A stretch of 64,000 bases of DNA from Armatimonadota bacterium (GCA_963677485.1 OY781964.1:4928001-4992000), one strand, 5' to 3'; shown: positions 39,177 to 48,850, numbered from the stretch's first letter. Numbers and translations: made by a program. The notes: generated by a model from the letters alone, not told the origin.

Positions 39177-39284
39177 ATGGGCTTTTGAGGGGTTTTCGGG
39201 CCGATATTGCTGCCATTTCGAGTGATTGAAGCGGTATTATGGTATCAGTGACGTGACCATGTGGCGTCTGAATGGGGCATTTTG

Positions 39285-39302
39285 ACACTAATTAATTAGT
39301 GT
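39285..39302. promoter_or_regulatory. perfect 18-bp palindrome ACACTAATTAATTAGTGT, operator-like
   Basis: Core CTAATTAATTAG recurs at 63606 and, with 2 mismatches, at 59537. Confidence 0.6.
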
Positions 39303-39517
39303 ATGATGGATTTCAACACAGCCGGATCACCTCTCTTAGAGAGCAGGTTCAGGGTCATAGATTACTCCCCATATTACGATGGACAGAGTAATCAGGTAAA
39401 CTGTGAACATAAAGGCAAAACATTTAAATGAACATATGCAGGTACCGGGCTAACACCGAGCCAAACGTCCGGGCCAAACGTCCGGTGAGCAGTGTTCAGA
39501 ATGGAGTGAATTCATAT

Positions 39518-39838
39518 ATGGATGCAAGTTCATTACCAGAGGGTGGACGGTGGTCTTGTCGCCGTAAGCTGGAGATCGTGCAGCGCATTATTGCTGGCGA
39601 ACCTATAGAAGACGTATCGATGCATATAGGCGTGCCGATTAGTCAGCTTGAAGACTGGCGAGACAAAGCGCTTGCCGGCATGGAAGCGGCTCTGAAGACA
39701 CCTGTTGAGAGCTTAGTAGATCATCAGCTCAAAGTGGCACAGAGGCGTATCAGCGCGCTGTCTATGGAGAATGAACTGCTTTACGAACGCTGCCGCCTGA
39801 TCGACCGCCCTTTTCCCCAGGGGAGGTCGCGAAAATGA
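39518..39838 (+). CDS. IS3-family OrfA-like HTH protein
   Basis: RWS.RRK.EIV.RI..GE.I..VS...GV....L..WR HTH, then zipper MENELL. Confidence 0.75.
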   Translation: MDASSLPEGGRWSCRRKLEIVQRIIAGEPIEDVSMHIGVPISQLEDWRDKALAGMEAALKTPVESLVDHQLKVAQRRISALSMENELLYERCRLIDRPFPQGRSRK

Positions 39839-40209
39839 GCGCTGCAATCTCCCCTTCAACAAATGCTCGCTACGGGGTAGAACGGGTGTGCCGAGTATGG
39901 GAACAACCCCGCTCCACTTACTATTTAAAGACCACAAGAGTGGTTAAGGTTGCTTCCACCACACCAAAACTGAAGCGTGGGCCAAAGACCGTAATTTCCG
40001 ATGAGGAACTATTAGGTGCCATCCAGAAGGAGATTGAAAGCTCACCCTCAAAGGGTAATAGCTACATGAGAATATACGATTCACTTCACTTCGGCCCGCA
40101 GAAATTACGAGTGGGCAAGAGCCGTGTGCTTCGTCTGATGCGTAAATATGAGTTATTTACCACTTCGCAGGTAACGGGCAGAGTGTATACTGATGCAGAT
40201 ACAGATTAA
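39835..40209 (+). pseudogene. IS3-family OrfB N-terminal fragment lacking the DDE core
   Basis: YGV.RVCRVW..PRST.Y, RGP....SDEELL..I, RV.K.RVLRLMR, then a stop before any integrase core. Confidence 0.7.
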
Positions 40210-41062
40210 GAACACGAACGATGTAGTTATTGTTTCAGGGGAATACCCAAATATGAAGGCTGCCGTGCATGCGAGTAGGGACAGTTTACAAGCTGCCAAC
40301 CTGACGGGTGCCGACTTGTCACATACGGATCTGGACGAGGCCAATCTACGTGGTGCCAAACTGGAACACGCTAATCTTGAAGCTGCTCAGCTATGGGGCG
40401 CTAGTCTTCAAGGGGCCGACCTGACAAAGGCGAATCTTAAAGGTGCCAAGCTAATCAGAGCCAATCTGACCGGGGTTAATCTGAGCAGTGCCAATCTGCA
40501 CAAAGCCAATCTGAGTAATACAGATCTAGTGAATGTCTGTCTGCAAGACGCCAATCTGAGTGAGACAAACCTAACAGGGTCTAACCTAAGTGGTGCTAAT
40601 CTGGCGGGGGCAAACCTGAGCGGCACGTGGATGAATTTCACCACACTGTCCGGTGCTGATTTACACGGTGCTAATCTGAGTGGTGCCCAACTCGAAGATG
40701 CCAAACTCACTGGTGCCAATCTTACTGACGCAAACCTGGAAGGTGCCCATCTGTCTAGCACTGATCTACAAGACGCCAATCTGAGCAGATGCAGTCTCAA
40801 ACATGCCATACTAAATGGAGCTAATCTTACCAAAGCCAATCTAACTCATGCTAATCTGAGCAGTGCCGACCTTACTAGTGCCAAGCTTACTGATGCCAAT
40901 CTAGACGGCGCTAATCTGGAAGGTGTAAATTTGTATCGGGCTCATCTAGACCGCGCCAATACGATCTTAATCAAGCGGTTAACACAGGCTGCTGAGAAGG
41001 AAGCTGAGAAGCAAGCTGAGAAGCAAACTGAGAAGGAAACCAATGTCACGCCCACTTTTTGA
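40193..41062 (+). CDS. pentapeptide repeat protein
   Basis: More than 40 consecutive A(N/D)Lxx repeats. Confidence 0.95.
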   Translation: MQIQIKNTNDVVIVSGEYPNMKAAVHASRDSLQAANLTGADLSHTDLDEANLRGAKLEHANLEAAQLWGASLQGADLTKANLKGAKLIRANLTGVNLSSANLHKANLSNTDLVNVCLQDANLSETNLTGSNLSGANLAGANLSGTWMNFTTLSGADLHGANLSGAQLEDAKLTGANLTDANLEGAHLSSTDLQDANLSRCSLKHAILNGANLTKANLTHANLSSADLTSAKLTDANLDGANLEGVNLYRAHLDRANTILIKRLTQAAEKEAEKQAEKQTEKETNVTPTF

Positions 41063-41107
41063 CGTGATAAAGTGCAGTCCATATAAAGGAAGACAGGCAA
41101 TGATCTT

Positions 41108-41584
41108 ATGCAGGTAGAAATTCGGATTATAAGCGGGGCGGTTATAGTTTCAGGAGACTACCCGGATATGAAGGCCGCGGTGCAAGCTAACAAAGACAAG
41201 CTACGCACCGCTAGTCTAGCAGGTGTCGACCTGTCCCATGCAGATCTGAAAGGCGCATTTTTGCGTGATGCCTGTCTGAAGGGTGCCAATCTGCAACATG
41301 CCGATCTTCAGACCGCGGTTCTTTGCAGATCAAGCCTGGATGGTGCTAATCTGACAGGGGCCAACCTACAAGGTGCCGATCTGAAGGGTGCGGATTTAAC
41401 TCATGCGGATCTGAAAGGTGCCAATTTGTGTTATGCGGATCTGCGAGATGCGGACCTGACAGGTGTCAAACTAAGTGGTGCCGTTCTAAAGGATGTGAAG
41501 CTGCGCGGTGCGAAGTCGCATAAAGTCAGGTTTTGCTATTATTGGTTTGCCATCACGTCATTCCTGCGCCTTATGAGGTCATAA
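41108..41584 (+). CDS. pentapeptide repeat protein (paralogue)
   Basis: About 20 A(N/D)Lxx repeats; N-terminus VIVSGDYPDMKAAV matches the upstream gene. Confidence 0.93.
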   Translation: MQVEIRIISGAVIVSGDYPDMKAAVQANKDKLRTASLAGVDLSHADLKGAFLRDACLKGANLQHADLQTAVLCRSSLDGANLTGANLQGADLKGADLTHADLKGANLCYADLRDADLTGVKLSGAVLKDVKLRGAKSHKVRFCYYWFAITSFLRLMRS

Positions 41585-41710
41585 GGGTGAGACACTTTCG
41601 ACACGCCTAACTCTATATGGCGGATATGCATCAACGCTGTTCATGTAGAGGCAGATATGCTTAAGACCAAGACGCTGCTTACCGCCACGACCATGTAATA
41701 GTCACCGTGC

Positions 41711-42046
41711 TCATAGCCTCGATAACCCACCAAGCACACGCGCGGCACATTCCTCAGCTGTCGCGTATTCATCTGTAATAGTGATCTCCCCACGCATGCC
41801 CCGGTACGGTGACATCGTCGCGCGGTGATACGCCAGGAAGCCTTCTGGCAGCGTCTTCACCCCGTTCTCAACAAGTCTATTGAGCACCCAGTCCGCATCC
41901 TCCTGCGCCTCCGCGTTACCAGGCAGATACTCCATCACGATATCAAGCCCAGCGCCATACCCCTGCACCCACACACCTATGGGCTCATAATGGGGGCTGG
42001 TGTCCCGGTCGCGTAGCGTAAATTCCGTCATATAACTCAGTCTCAT
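41711..42046 (-). CDS. small acidic protein, candidate immunity protein 2
   Basis: ATGA-coupled to the upstream gene; second gene after the MuF toxin-like gene. Confidence 0.55.
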   Translation of the reverse strand: MRLSYMTEFTLRDRDTSPHYEPIGVWVQGYGAGLDIVMEYLPGNAEAQEDADWVLNRLVENGVKTLPEGFLAYHRATMSPYRGMRGEITITDEYATAEECAARVLGGLSRL

Positions 42047-42513
42047 TGCCACCCCTCCGCCATAGCGATATGCTCCTCAAGAAGCTGTGCATCTATTTGT
42101 TCAAACAGTATTGCATTAGCCGCTTTGTATTTCTGCCAGTTTTTCCAGTCTGCAAGCAGAGCCAGGTCCTGGTTCGGGCAAAGCAGCTCGATATGATACC
42201 TGCGGCTCCGGTCGTCGGTGACGTCCAGCATGTAGGTATCGTCCTGGTGCCAAGCTATTACCTTGATCGTGTGCGCATATTGCCAGCCGTTATTGTAGCC
42301 AGCCGACTTAAACAGCAGCCAGAAGTCGGTGCTTGTGATGTTTCCCGCCGCATCAAAGTGAGGTGCCACACGTGTGACGGTGTAGCTGTCGATTAGGCCA
42401 AAGCCCAGCGCCTCGTGCTTGTCCTCATTCATCTCCGTCCAGGAGCCTTGACTATTGAACTTCTCGAAGAGCCCCTGGAGCCGCGCCTTCAGCTCCGTGA
42501 TGATCTCATTCAT
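42043..42513 (-). CDS. small acidic protein, candidate immunity protein 1
   Basis: GGAG RBS, starts 11 bp after the MuF stop. Confidence 0.6.
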   Translation of the reverse strand: MNEIITELKARLQGLFEKFNSQGSWTEMNEDKHEALGFGLIDSYTVTRVAPHFDAAGNITSTDFWLLFKSAGYNNGWQYAHTIKVIAWHQDDTYMLDVTDDRSRRYHIELLCPNQDLALLADWKNWQKYKAANAILFEQIDAQLLEEHIAMAEGWQ

Positions 42514-42524
42514 ATTTTGTCTCC

Positions 42525-45500
42525 CTACCTCTCTAACACGATCTGTTCTATTTTGCGGCCGTCGGGCAGCACAGAAATGCCGTGCTTCCTAAATACGTCA
42601 AGCACTCTCGTTCTCTCCTGGGAGCCGCGCACTACGATGCTTTCTAGGTTATCAAGCAGCGTGACCGAGTATTTCAGTATAGTCTCGTTGCCTGACTTAC
42701 TTGAGAAGCTCTTCCATGCCTGTGGATCCGAGCCGCGGTTCTTTGCGACGTAGTCGTCCTTCACTTTACCGAAGGCATCATGGCTGTAGCTTATCGCGTC
42801 CATACGCCTCAGCAGCTGCTTCTTAAAATAGAGCCCCGTCTCCCCTGTTGATGCCGTTGGGGTCTTCTTAATACGCGTGAAGACGTAGCTGGCTCCCCCG
42901 CTATTCATGTCCGATTCGGGGGACATCCCACCAGGAGCTATCCCCGCTCGTAGTTTTTCGACAGTGCTAATCATGGCTCCGTTGTTTTCCAGAACGGTGT
43001 CAAGAAACGAGCTGATGTTCTCACCGTTTGTGAGGCTGTGATGTAAACTGTAGCCCTTCATTTCACGTTCCATATCTGTGTCCGAGATGTCGAAGCGGTA
43101 CTGCTGCCTGTAACCGCCACGCGTGGCACTATCTTTGAATCCAAGCTGATACCGCCCTACCGGGTCATAACCAGGTAGCTTTGTAATATCTGGAGCGCCA
43201 AGCCTGTGCTCCCAGTAGCCGCGCATCGCCTGCACGCGCTCAGTCTTTGTGGCGTTACGACCGTCAAGATCAGAGAGTAGCTGGACATACGCAGGCTCCG
43301 TGTCTGCCTTAGTGACATAAGCCTGCTTTGCTAGATACAGGGCTTCAGAATCCTCGGCAGTGGCAATGTTAGCCTTTACTCCGAGCTTCTCCATGTGCCC
43401 CAGTGCCTTCTCTAAACTTCTCGAATCGGCGTTATTAGGCAGCACAATCTCAAACTCGCCCTGCTGAGCGTAGTGGTTCTTATCTGACCACGGGCGATAT
43501 ATCGCGTGAGTGCCGTCACCGAAGTCTATCTCATACTGCTCACCGTCTAGCATCGAGCGGTTACGAAAGAGCGATGAGTTATCTGCTCCGTCTTGATCAA
43601 CCGAAAGCTCCCCCCGGCTGAGTGTTCGCTTTGTGAGCAGCACCTTTGTTTTCTTCACAGTGTAACCCAGCTCTTCTACCCGCTTCCTAGAAGCAGTATG
43701 CTGCCTTGTATAAGCAGAGAACACGTCGGGGATCTTTTCCCGCTGCTCTACCGACTGCTTTACTCTCTTAAGCCAGGTGATATAACCTTCGGCCATGGCC
43801 TTCACGTCCGGGTCATCTGACTTCGATAGCATTCTCAGAGCATCAAGATGCTTGACTGCCTTATCTATACTCGCCTGGTTATAGGCACCGTCCTGGGCAT
43901 GGTGGTTTACGCTCTTCACCGCAGCGAGGATGTCGGAGGAGAAGCTGTCCTCCTCAAGTAGTTCACCTAGTTTTGGAGCGGTAGTCTGACGATCTGCCTT
44001 CTTTAGAGCCGGCAGTATCTTCAGCTCTGCCTCCGGTCTCAGTTTCATCTTCACCACAGTGCGCGTTTGAGAGTTCACCGTCTCCGTAAAGATAAGAGCG
44101 TTCTGGTCCTCTATGTCACTCTCATCAATGGGTAGTGCTTTACCTTGCCAGCCAAGCTTTCGCGCATCCTCAATCATCTGCTCCTCAGCTTTACCTATGC
44201 GGCCAGCTTTTGGTAGTGACGGCCCGTCTTCAAACCGGAAGCCAGGTTTAGAAAGAACATCTGAATAGAATCCCTCGAAGTTGCTGCGCAGACTATGCTT
44301 TCGCTCGATTGCCAGCTTACTAAACGCCTTCTTCTGGGCGTCAGTGGCAAAGCGTCCCTCCACGTAGGGACGCAGCAGCTCCAGGTAGTCATCATCTGAG
44401 ATGCGCTCTACTTCGCGAATATACCTTAGTGTGACGGAGGGATCAACTGCAACCTTCCCCTGTTTGGCTGCTCTGAACAGCGTGTTATAAAACGGCTCCT
44501 GTTCTCCGCAGGCACCGTTAGGGTGGTAGTCAACAGAGAGTGTGTCTGAGCCGAGGAACTTGGATAGCTGCCCCTTGTCGATGCCGTATACCTTACCGGA
44601 TTTCGCTCTCAGAAACTGCTTGGAGTGGCCGTCATGATTTGAGATGAGCCAGTCAATCACATGCTCACGCTGCACCTGCGATATTTCGTCTGGGGTGAGA
44701 TCACGCGCGTCAAAGCCGGAGAAGTCATACTTTGCAGCTAGATCACTGCGCCATTTCTGGATCGAACCTATGCGCCCGTTGAGACGGATTGTCCGCACCT
44801 CAACGCAGTCGGGGTCTATTAATCTCGCAAGCTTGTAAGCAGCCTCTTCGCCGCGAGCAATGAAGTCGTCTGAAGTGCTGCCTACTGGCTTGAATAGCCA
44901 CTTTTCACCGTTCTGGTCGGTCCAAAACTCCTTCTCATGCGCGCCACCGACCTTAGCTTTACCCTCATACTTGAACTTCTCGGGCTTCCCCATCTCTGAC
45001 CACGCGGAGTCAACATCGAAGAACTCCGAACCCTTCTTAGAAAACGCTGAGGGTGACGCGGTGGTGACGGTCTGCGTGATGGGGTCTGGCTCCGTCTTCG
45101 TTTTTGCAGCTGGGGTTATCGGCTTAGAGGCCTTAACGGAAGCGGACTTGTTCTTTTCGGCCCACTTGGCATGTTTAGCTGCTATGCTATTTTTCGCAGC
45201 ATCTATTTTAGTTTGATCGGTCTCCGTAAACAGCGTGGTCAACTCATCTTTATTAGCCCACTGCCAGTGCGTAAGCTTTGCCTGCTTCGCTGTCTCCTTT
45301 AGGTCACTGGACTTCATGGCAGAAATCTGCTGAGCGAATGTGTGCTTCTTGAGTGCGATTTCCTTTGCGTGCTGCTCTATCACCGCCGCAGGTAGCCCAG
45401 AATCTTTAGCAAGCTGCGTTTCGGCGGCGGACACCGAACTTAGGAAAGATTGATACCCCGCAGGAGAGGACGGCATCACTACCTGCGCCGTGGCTTCCGT

Positions 45501-47120
45501 TAGCGACTGCTCCGCCTTTTTCAGAGCCTCTGCCTTTGCTCCGCTTAGTGCCTGCTGCTTGGCCTGCTCCGCCATCTGCTGACCCGCCGCCTTCTCCAGC
45601 GCTTTTGCTAGCTGCTGCTTGTTCTTAAGCGGAGGGATACCATATTTCTGCTTGGCGGCCAAAAGCATTTGGCCGGATAACCCGCTGTGGTCGATATTTG
45701 GTTCAAGGGTGTCGAGTATCTCGATCACTTCAGACTTTGTGAGGTTGAGTGAGACGCTGTGTTGTTTTGCCATCTCCTTAAGCTGCACTGTCGTTAGTCC
45801 TGACAGGTCTGAGCTTGGCGCCACAAGTTTAGCGGCCTCCTCAAGTGCCTTCGCCTGCTTGAGCGCGGCCTGCTTAGCAGCGAGCAGTTTTACGAGGTCA
45901 TCTTTGCTGCGAAGCGCAGCGATGTTGTATTGCTTGATTTTCGCCTGCAGCGCAGCACCGGAGAGGTCCCCGTGATCCACGCCAGGTTCAGCTACTCCAA
46001 GCAGATGAATGAAGTCAGCCTTAGTGCGGGCCACGCCAATGCCGTTTGCCTTGGCGAGTGTCTGAAGCTGCTTTATAGTAAGCGCGGAGAGATCCGCAAC
46101 CTGACCAGAATCAAAAGCGGACTTAAGCTTCTTCTCTTCTTCCACCTGCTTCTTAGCCTGCTCCTCTATCGCCTGTGGTGGGAGTATGCAGGCAGTCGGC
46201 TCTTCTGCGGCACTCGCTCCAAGTTCACCCCCGCAGACCACAAGCGGCCATGCAGGCAGTGTTGAGCACCGGCAGTTTGGATGCGCAGGTTGACTGGGAA
46301 AGCGGTCCGTATCAAACTGCTTGCCGTCAAGCGCCCCGCAGACAGGGCACATTCGCTCATCTTCCATCGTCATCCACTCTGTCTTTGTCACACCGACCTG
46401 CTGGTGAAACTTAATACGCCCCTGGTTATGCGCGCGCAGCAGTTCTGTGCGAGCGATCATCTCCATGCGGTACTGCGCTTTAGAGAACACCTTACTCCCC
46501 GCGTGGCGGAAAGATTGTTTGTCATCTATCACGCTGCCCATGTCACGGACGATCTCACTTGCACTCTTTCCAGTAGCTATCCCGGCGAAGATGGTCTTCT
46601 TAATGCCGTCTGAAAGCTCCCGGTGCACGTCCCCCGCGAGCACCAAGTTGTAGTTCGCCATAAAGCCAAGCGCATCGGTGTCGATGAGCGTGAACACTGA
46701 GGTAGTGAGTTTGTCAATGCCGCTCGGTGTGAGCTCTTTATAAATCGGCATCTGAGCGGAAGCGAACTCCTCTATCCCGTGATACACCCCTGAGCGAAAG
46801 GATGCGTTACTAGCGCTTTTGAACATAAGGGTCTGCTCACGCTCCAGAGATTTTAGCAGTCCCCCTATCTCGCCGCTTAGCTTCTCAAGACCCAATTTGG
46901 CTGCCAGCTTATTACCGGGTAGCGTCCCGAGTTGCCCGAAGCCTAAGATAGCACTAGATACCAACTTCTGAGCCGATGCGAGTGACTGCTTAAGCCCCAT
47001 CACCACCTGGCTCACATATAGATCGCGGCTAAGCAGGCTTTTATCAGTCGCTTTACGAATGGCCTGGGATTGCGAATTCACATCCGCGATAGCACACAGT
47101 GAAGGCGGTGGAGTATTCAT
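42525..47120 (-). CDS. MuF (SPP1 gp7-like) minor head protein with HeH repeats, HipA/PI3K-like kinase and putative ART-like C-terminal domain
   Basis: IARTE..RA.N.G, DER.CP.C..LDG, P.HPNCRC; WLFKP..EEAAY..GSIQ..DWLISNHDGH..IDKG; start at TGATG overlap with AGGAGG. Confidence 0.85.
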   Translation of the reverse strand: MNTPPPSLCAIADVNSQSQAIRKATDKSLLSRDLYVSQVVMGLKQSLASAQKLVSSAILGFGQLGTLPGNKLAAKLGLEKLSGEIGGLLKSLEREQTLMFKSASNASFRSGVYHGIEEFASAQMPIYKELTPSGIDKLTTSVFTLIDTDALGFMANYNLVLAGDVHRELSDGIKKTIFAGIATGKSASEIVRDMGSVIDDKQSFRHAGSKVFSKAQYRMEMIARTELLRAHNQGRIKFHQQVGVTKTEWMTMEDERMCPVCGALDGKQFDTDRFPSQPAHPNCRCSTLPAWPLVVCGGELGASAAEEPTACILPPQAIEEQAKKQVEEEKKLKSAFDSGQVADLSALTIKQLQTLAKANGIGVARTKADFIHLLGVAEPGVDHGDLSGAALQAKIKQYNIAALRSKDDLVKLLAAKQAALKQAKALEEAAKLVAPSSDLSGLTTVQLKEMAKQHSVSLNLTKSEVIEILDTLEPNIDHSGLSGQMLLAAKQKYGIPPLKNKQQLAKALEKAAGQQMAEQAKQQALSGAKAEALKKAEQSLTEATAQVVMPSSPAGYQSFLSSVSAAETQLAKDSGLPAAVIEQHAKEIALKKHTFAQQISAMKSSDLKETAKQAKLTHWQWANKDELTTLFTETDQTKIDAAKNSIAAKHAKWAEKNKSASVKASKPITPAAKTKTEPDPITQTVTTASPSAFSKKGSEFFDVDSAWSEMGKPEKFKYEGKAKVGGAHEKEFWTDQNGEKWLFKPVGSTSDDFIARGEEAAYKLARLIDPDCVEVRTIRLNGRIGSIQKWRSDLAAKYDFSGFDARDLTPDEISQVQREHVIDWLISNHDGHSKQFLRAKSGKVYGIDKGQLSKFLGSDTLSVDYHPNGACGEQEPFYNTLFRAAKQGKVAVDPSVTLRYIREVERISDDDYLELLRPYVEGRFATDAQKKAFSKLAIERKHSLRSNFEGFYSDVLSKPGFRFEDGPSLPKAGRIGKAEEQMIEDARKLGWQGKALPIDESDIEDQNALIFTETVNSQTRTVVKMKLRPEAELKILPALKKADRQTTAPKLGELLEEDSFSSDILAAVKSVNHHAQDGAYNQASIDKAVKHLDALRMLSKSDDPDVKAMAEGYITWLKRVKQSVEQREKIPDVFSAYTRQHTASRKRVEELGYTVKKTKVLLTKRTLSRGELSVDQDGADNSSLFRNRSMLDGEQYEIDFGDGTHAIYRPWSDKNHYAQQGEFEIVLPNNADSRSLEKALGHMEKLGVKANIATAEDSEALYLAKQAYVTKADTEPAYVQLLSDLDGRNATKTERVQAMRGYWEHRLGAPDITKLPGYDPVGRYQLGFKDSATRGGYRQQYRFDISDTDMEREMKGYSLHHSLTNGENISSFLDTVLENNGAMISTVEKLRAGIAPGGMSPESDMNSGGASYVFTRIKKTPTASTGETGLYFKKQLLRRMDAISYSHDAFGKVKDDYVAKNRGSDPQAWKSFSSKSGNETILKYSVTLLDNLESIVVRGSQERTRVLDVFRKHGISVLPDGRKIEQIVLER

Positions 47121-48658
47121 CAGGCCTCCTTCATGCGCAGAAATCGGCACGCTGGGGTATCAAAGCTCACATCTGCCGACGACACACTACACATGCTGCT
47201 GGGTTCATAGAAGTAACCACACTCGTCGCAGAGTTTGCCGGCATATGACGCCTTCGTAAGCAGGCCGTCCCAGTTCGCAGTGGCCCCGGAGCCAACAGGG
47301 TTCTTCGCCGGGTCTAGTCCAAGCATCTGCTGAGCGGTCTCTATGCTCATAATCCCGGCTACCACCATATCCACAATGGGCTTCACCTGCTTCTCGTCTA
47401 GCAGATCCGCGGACTTTCGTTCGTTCTGGCGATTACCTTCCTCTATCTCAGGGTTCAGATCCATCTTCATCTGCAAAGACGAACGGCTGATGAGCTTTCG
47501 GTCATACAGTTCTATGAGCAGCTTTTTGAAATCCACGGCGTCCGTGGGGTCAAGATCATTAAACAGATACTGGATGCTCTTGCCAGAATGGCCCGCAAGT
47601 TCCAGCCAGTCGGAGTAGATCCAGTCGAGTATCTCGCGGGCCGAATGGGTGATCTCCCTAATCATGACAAGCATCTTCTGCATACTCACAGAGGCTGTCG
47701 CAAAGTTAGGCCCGTCACCTGACACGAGCGAACGAGAAAGTCCCTGGGCGACAACGATGTCTTCCTTCACCTCCTTGACCTTGTCTTCCACGTTTAGCAC
47801 CTGACCCTCGGTGCCGTGCGTTTCGACAGATACATAAAATGGCACAATCATGCCGCTTTTCATGTCCATGTTGTTCATCAAGTCACGCACCTGCTCAAGC
47901 ATCTTCTGATCTGGCATGATCATGCGCTGCTTGAACTCACCGCCCACCTTGATAAACCGGAGCGGCGTGGCCCAGCGCTTAGCGATAGCCTGTTCGGCGC
48001 GCCGGTAGTCACGCAGCAGCTCAATGGACTGGAAGGCCGGAAGCACAAGCGAATTACCTCGCGGTGAGAACTCCGGTGCGTCCCATTTTAGATGTATCGT
48101 CTGCTCCACCGGCAAGGTGATGCCCTCTGCCCCGTTTTGAGCATCATCGGCGTACTGCTTGACTTCTATTAGCTCACCCTGCGAATACTTCACTTTCACA
48201 GATACCGGGTTCACGCAGGTAATCTGTTCGATATCCCGTCCGTCTTTGCTGTAGCGCTTAAAGCCGACCGCGTCCCCCTTAACAAGAAGCTGCAAGATCA
48301 TATCTTTCACAAACCGCGGGATGCGCAGCTGCTTGGCCAGCTCATTTGCTTCAAGTTTCACATGTTCGTCGTCGCTTGTTATCTTCACCTCATCACCCAC
48401 AGAGAAGGTGCGCCATGAGTTCACGCAGTTCTTCACAAGCGGTTCCTCTGTGTAGTATTCCCAGGCCTTCCTTGCCCGGTCTTCCCACGATGCGGGTATG
48501 GCGTCATTCGCACTCACGGCACCAAACGCAGAGGAGCCGAGTGCAGCCATGGTCGCCAGCGGCGTCACTACCTGGCCATATGCCGAGGTGTCCCCCGCCT
48601 CAACTGCGCTGGTATCAGTTATTACCGTGTCATTAATCATCGTGTCGTTATTCACCAT
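47120..48658 (-). CDS. portal protein
   Basis: 512 aa between terL and MuF; L..GDA, NP.SV.V, IHLK......PRG.S...PAF. Confidence 0.8.
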   Translation of the reverse strand: MVNNDTMINDTVITDTSAVEAGDTSAYGQVVTPLATMAALGSSAFGAVSANDAIPASWEDRARKAWEYYTEEPLVKNCVNSWRTFSVGDEVKITSDDEHVKLEANELAKQLRIPRFVKDMILQLLVKGDAVGFKRYSKDGRDIEQITCVNPVSVKVKYSQGELIEVKQYADDAQNGAEGITLPVEQTIHLKWDAPEFSPRGNSLVLPAFQSIELLRDYRRAEQAIAKRWATPLRFIKVGGEFKQRMIMPDQKMLEQVRDLMNNMDMKSGMIVPFYVSVETHGTEGQVLNVEDKVKEVKEDIVVAQGLSRSLVSGDGPNFATASVSMQKMLVMIREITHSAREILDWIYSDWLELAGHSGKSIQYLFNDLDPTDAVDFKKLLIELYDRKLISRSSLQMKMDLNPEIEEGNRQNERKSADLLDEKQVKPIVDMVVAGIMSIETAQQMLGLDPAKNPVGSGATANWDGLLTKASYAGKLCDECGYFYEPSSMCSVSSADVSFDTPACRFLRMKEA

Positions 48659-48793
48659 GTCCTTCGTGATATGTCGTGTCAGTTAGCGCTGCTTCGCTCC
48701 AGATTGCCCGCCCATCCGCGAGTGAGCAAACTCTGGGTAAACGGGCCAAGCGTGCATTTACCTTGCTATTGCGAGCCCCTGGTGGCACACTGT

Positions 48794-48850
48794 TATCGGC
48801 AATATATCGGCAATACAACGGCAATTATCTCGGCCGTTATCGGCAGTTAT
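48794..48850. repeat. five helically phased (AT)CGGC(AAT) boxes
   Basis: CGGC at 48797, 48808, 48819, 48831 and 48841. Confidence 0.7.

Noticed and set aside
39428-40209. Active IS3 element
   Set aside because: DDE domain absent; no terminal inverted repeats or target duplication identified
40408-40839. 143-aa repetitive antisense ORF
   Set aside because: Shadow of the pentapeptide repeats; the same applies to the many short antisense ORFs over the structural genes
40991-41040. 12-bp coding repeats (also 15-bp repeats at ~50535-50580 in terS and a 13-bp duplication at ~39460)
   Set aside because: Short slippage-type repeats, the coding ones in frame within low-complexity tails; no evidence of function
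41590-41620. Sixth promoter copy (GACACTTTC)
   Set aside because: Lacks the CGTAAATA element at the conserved spacing
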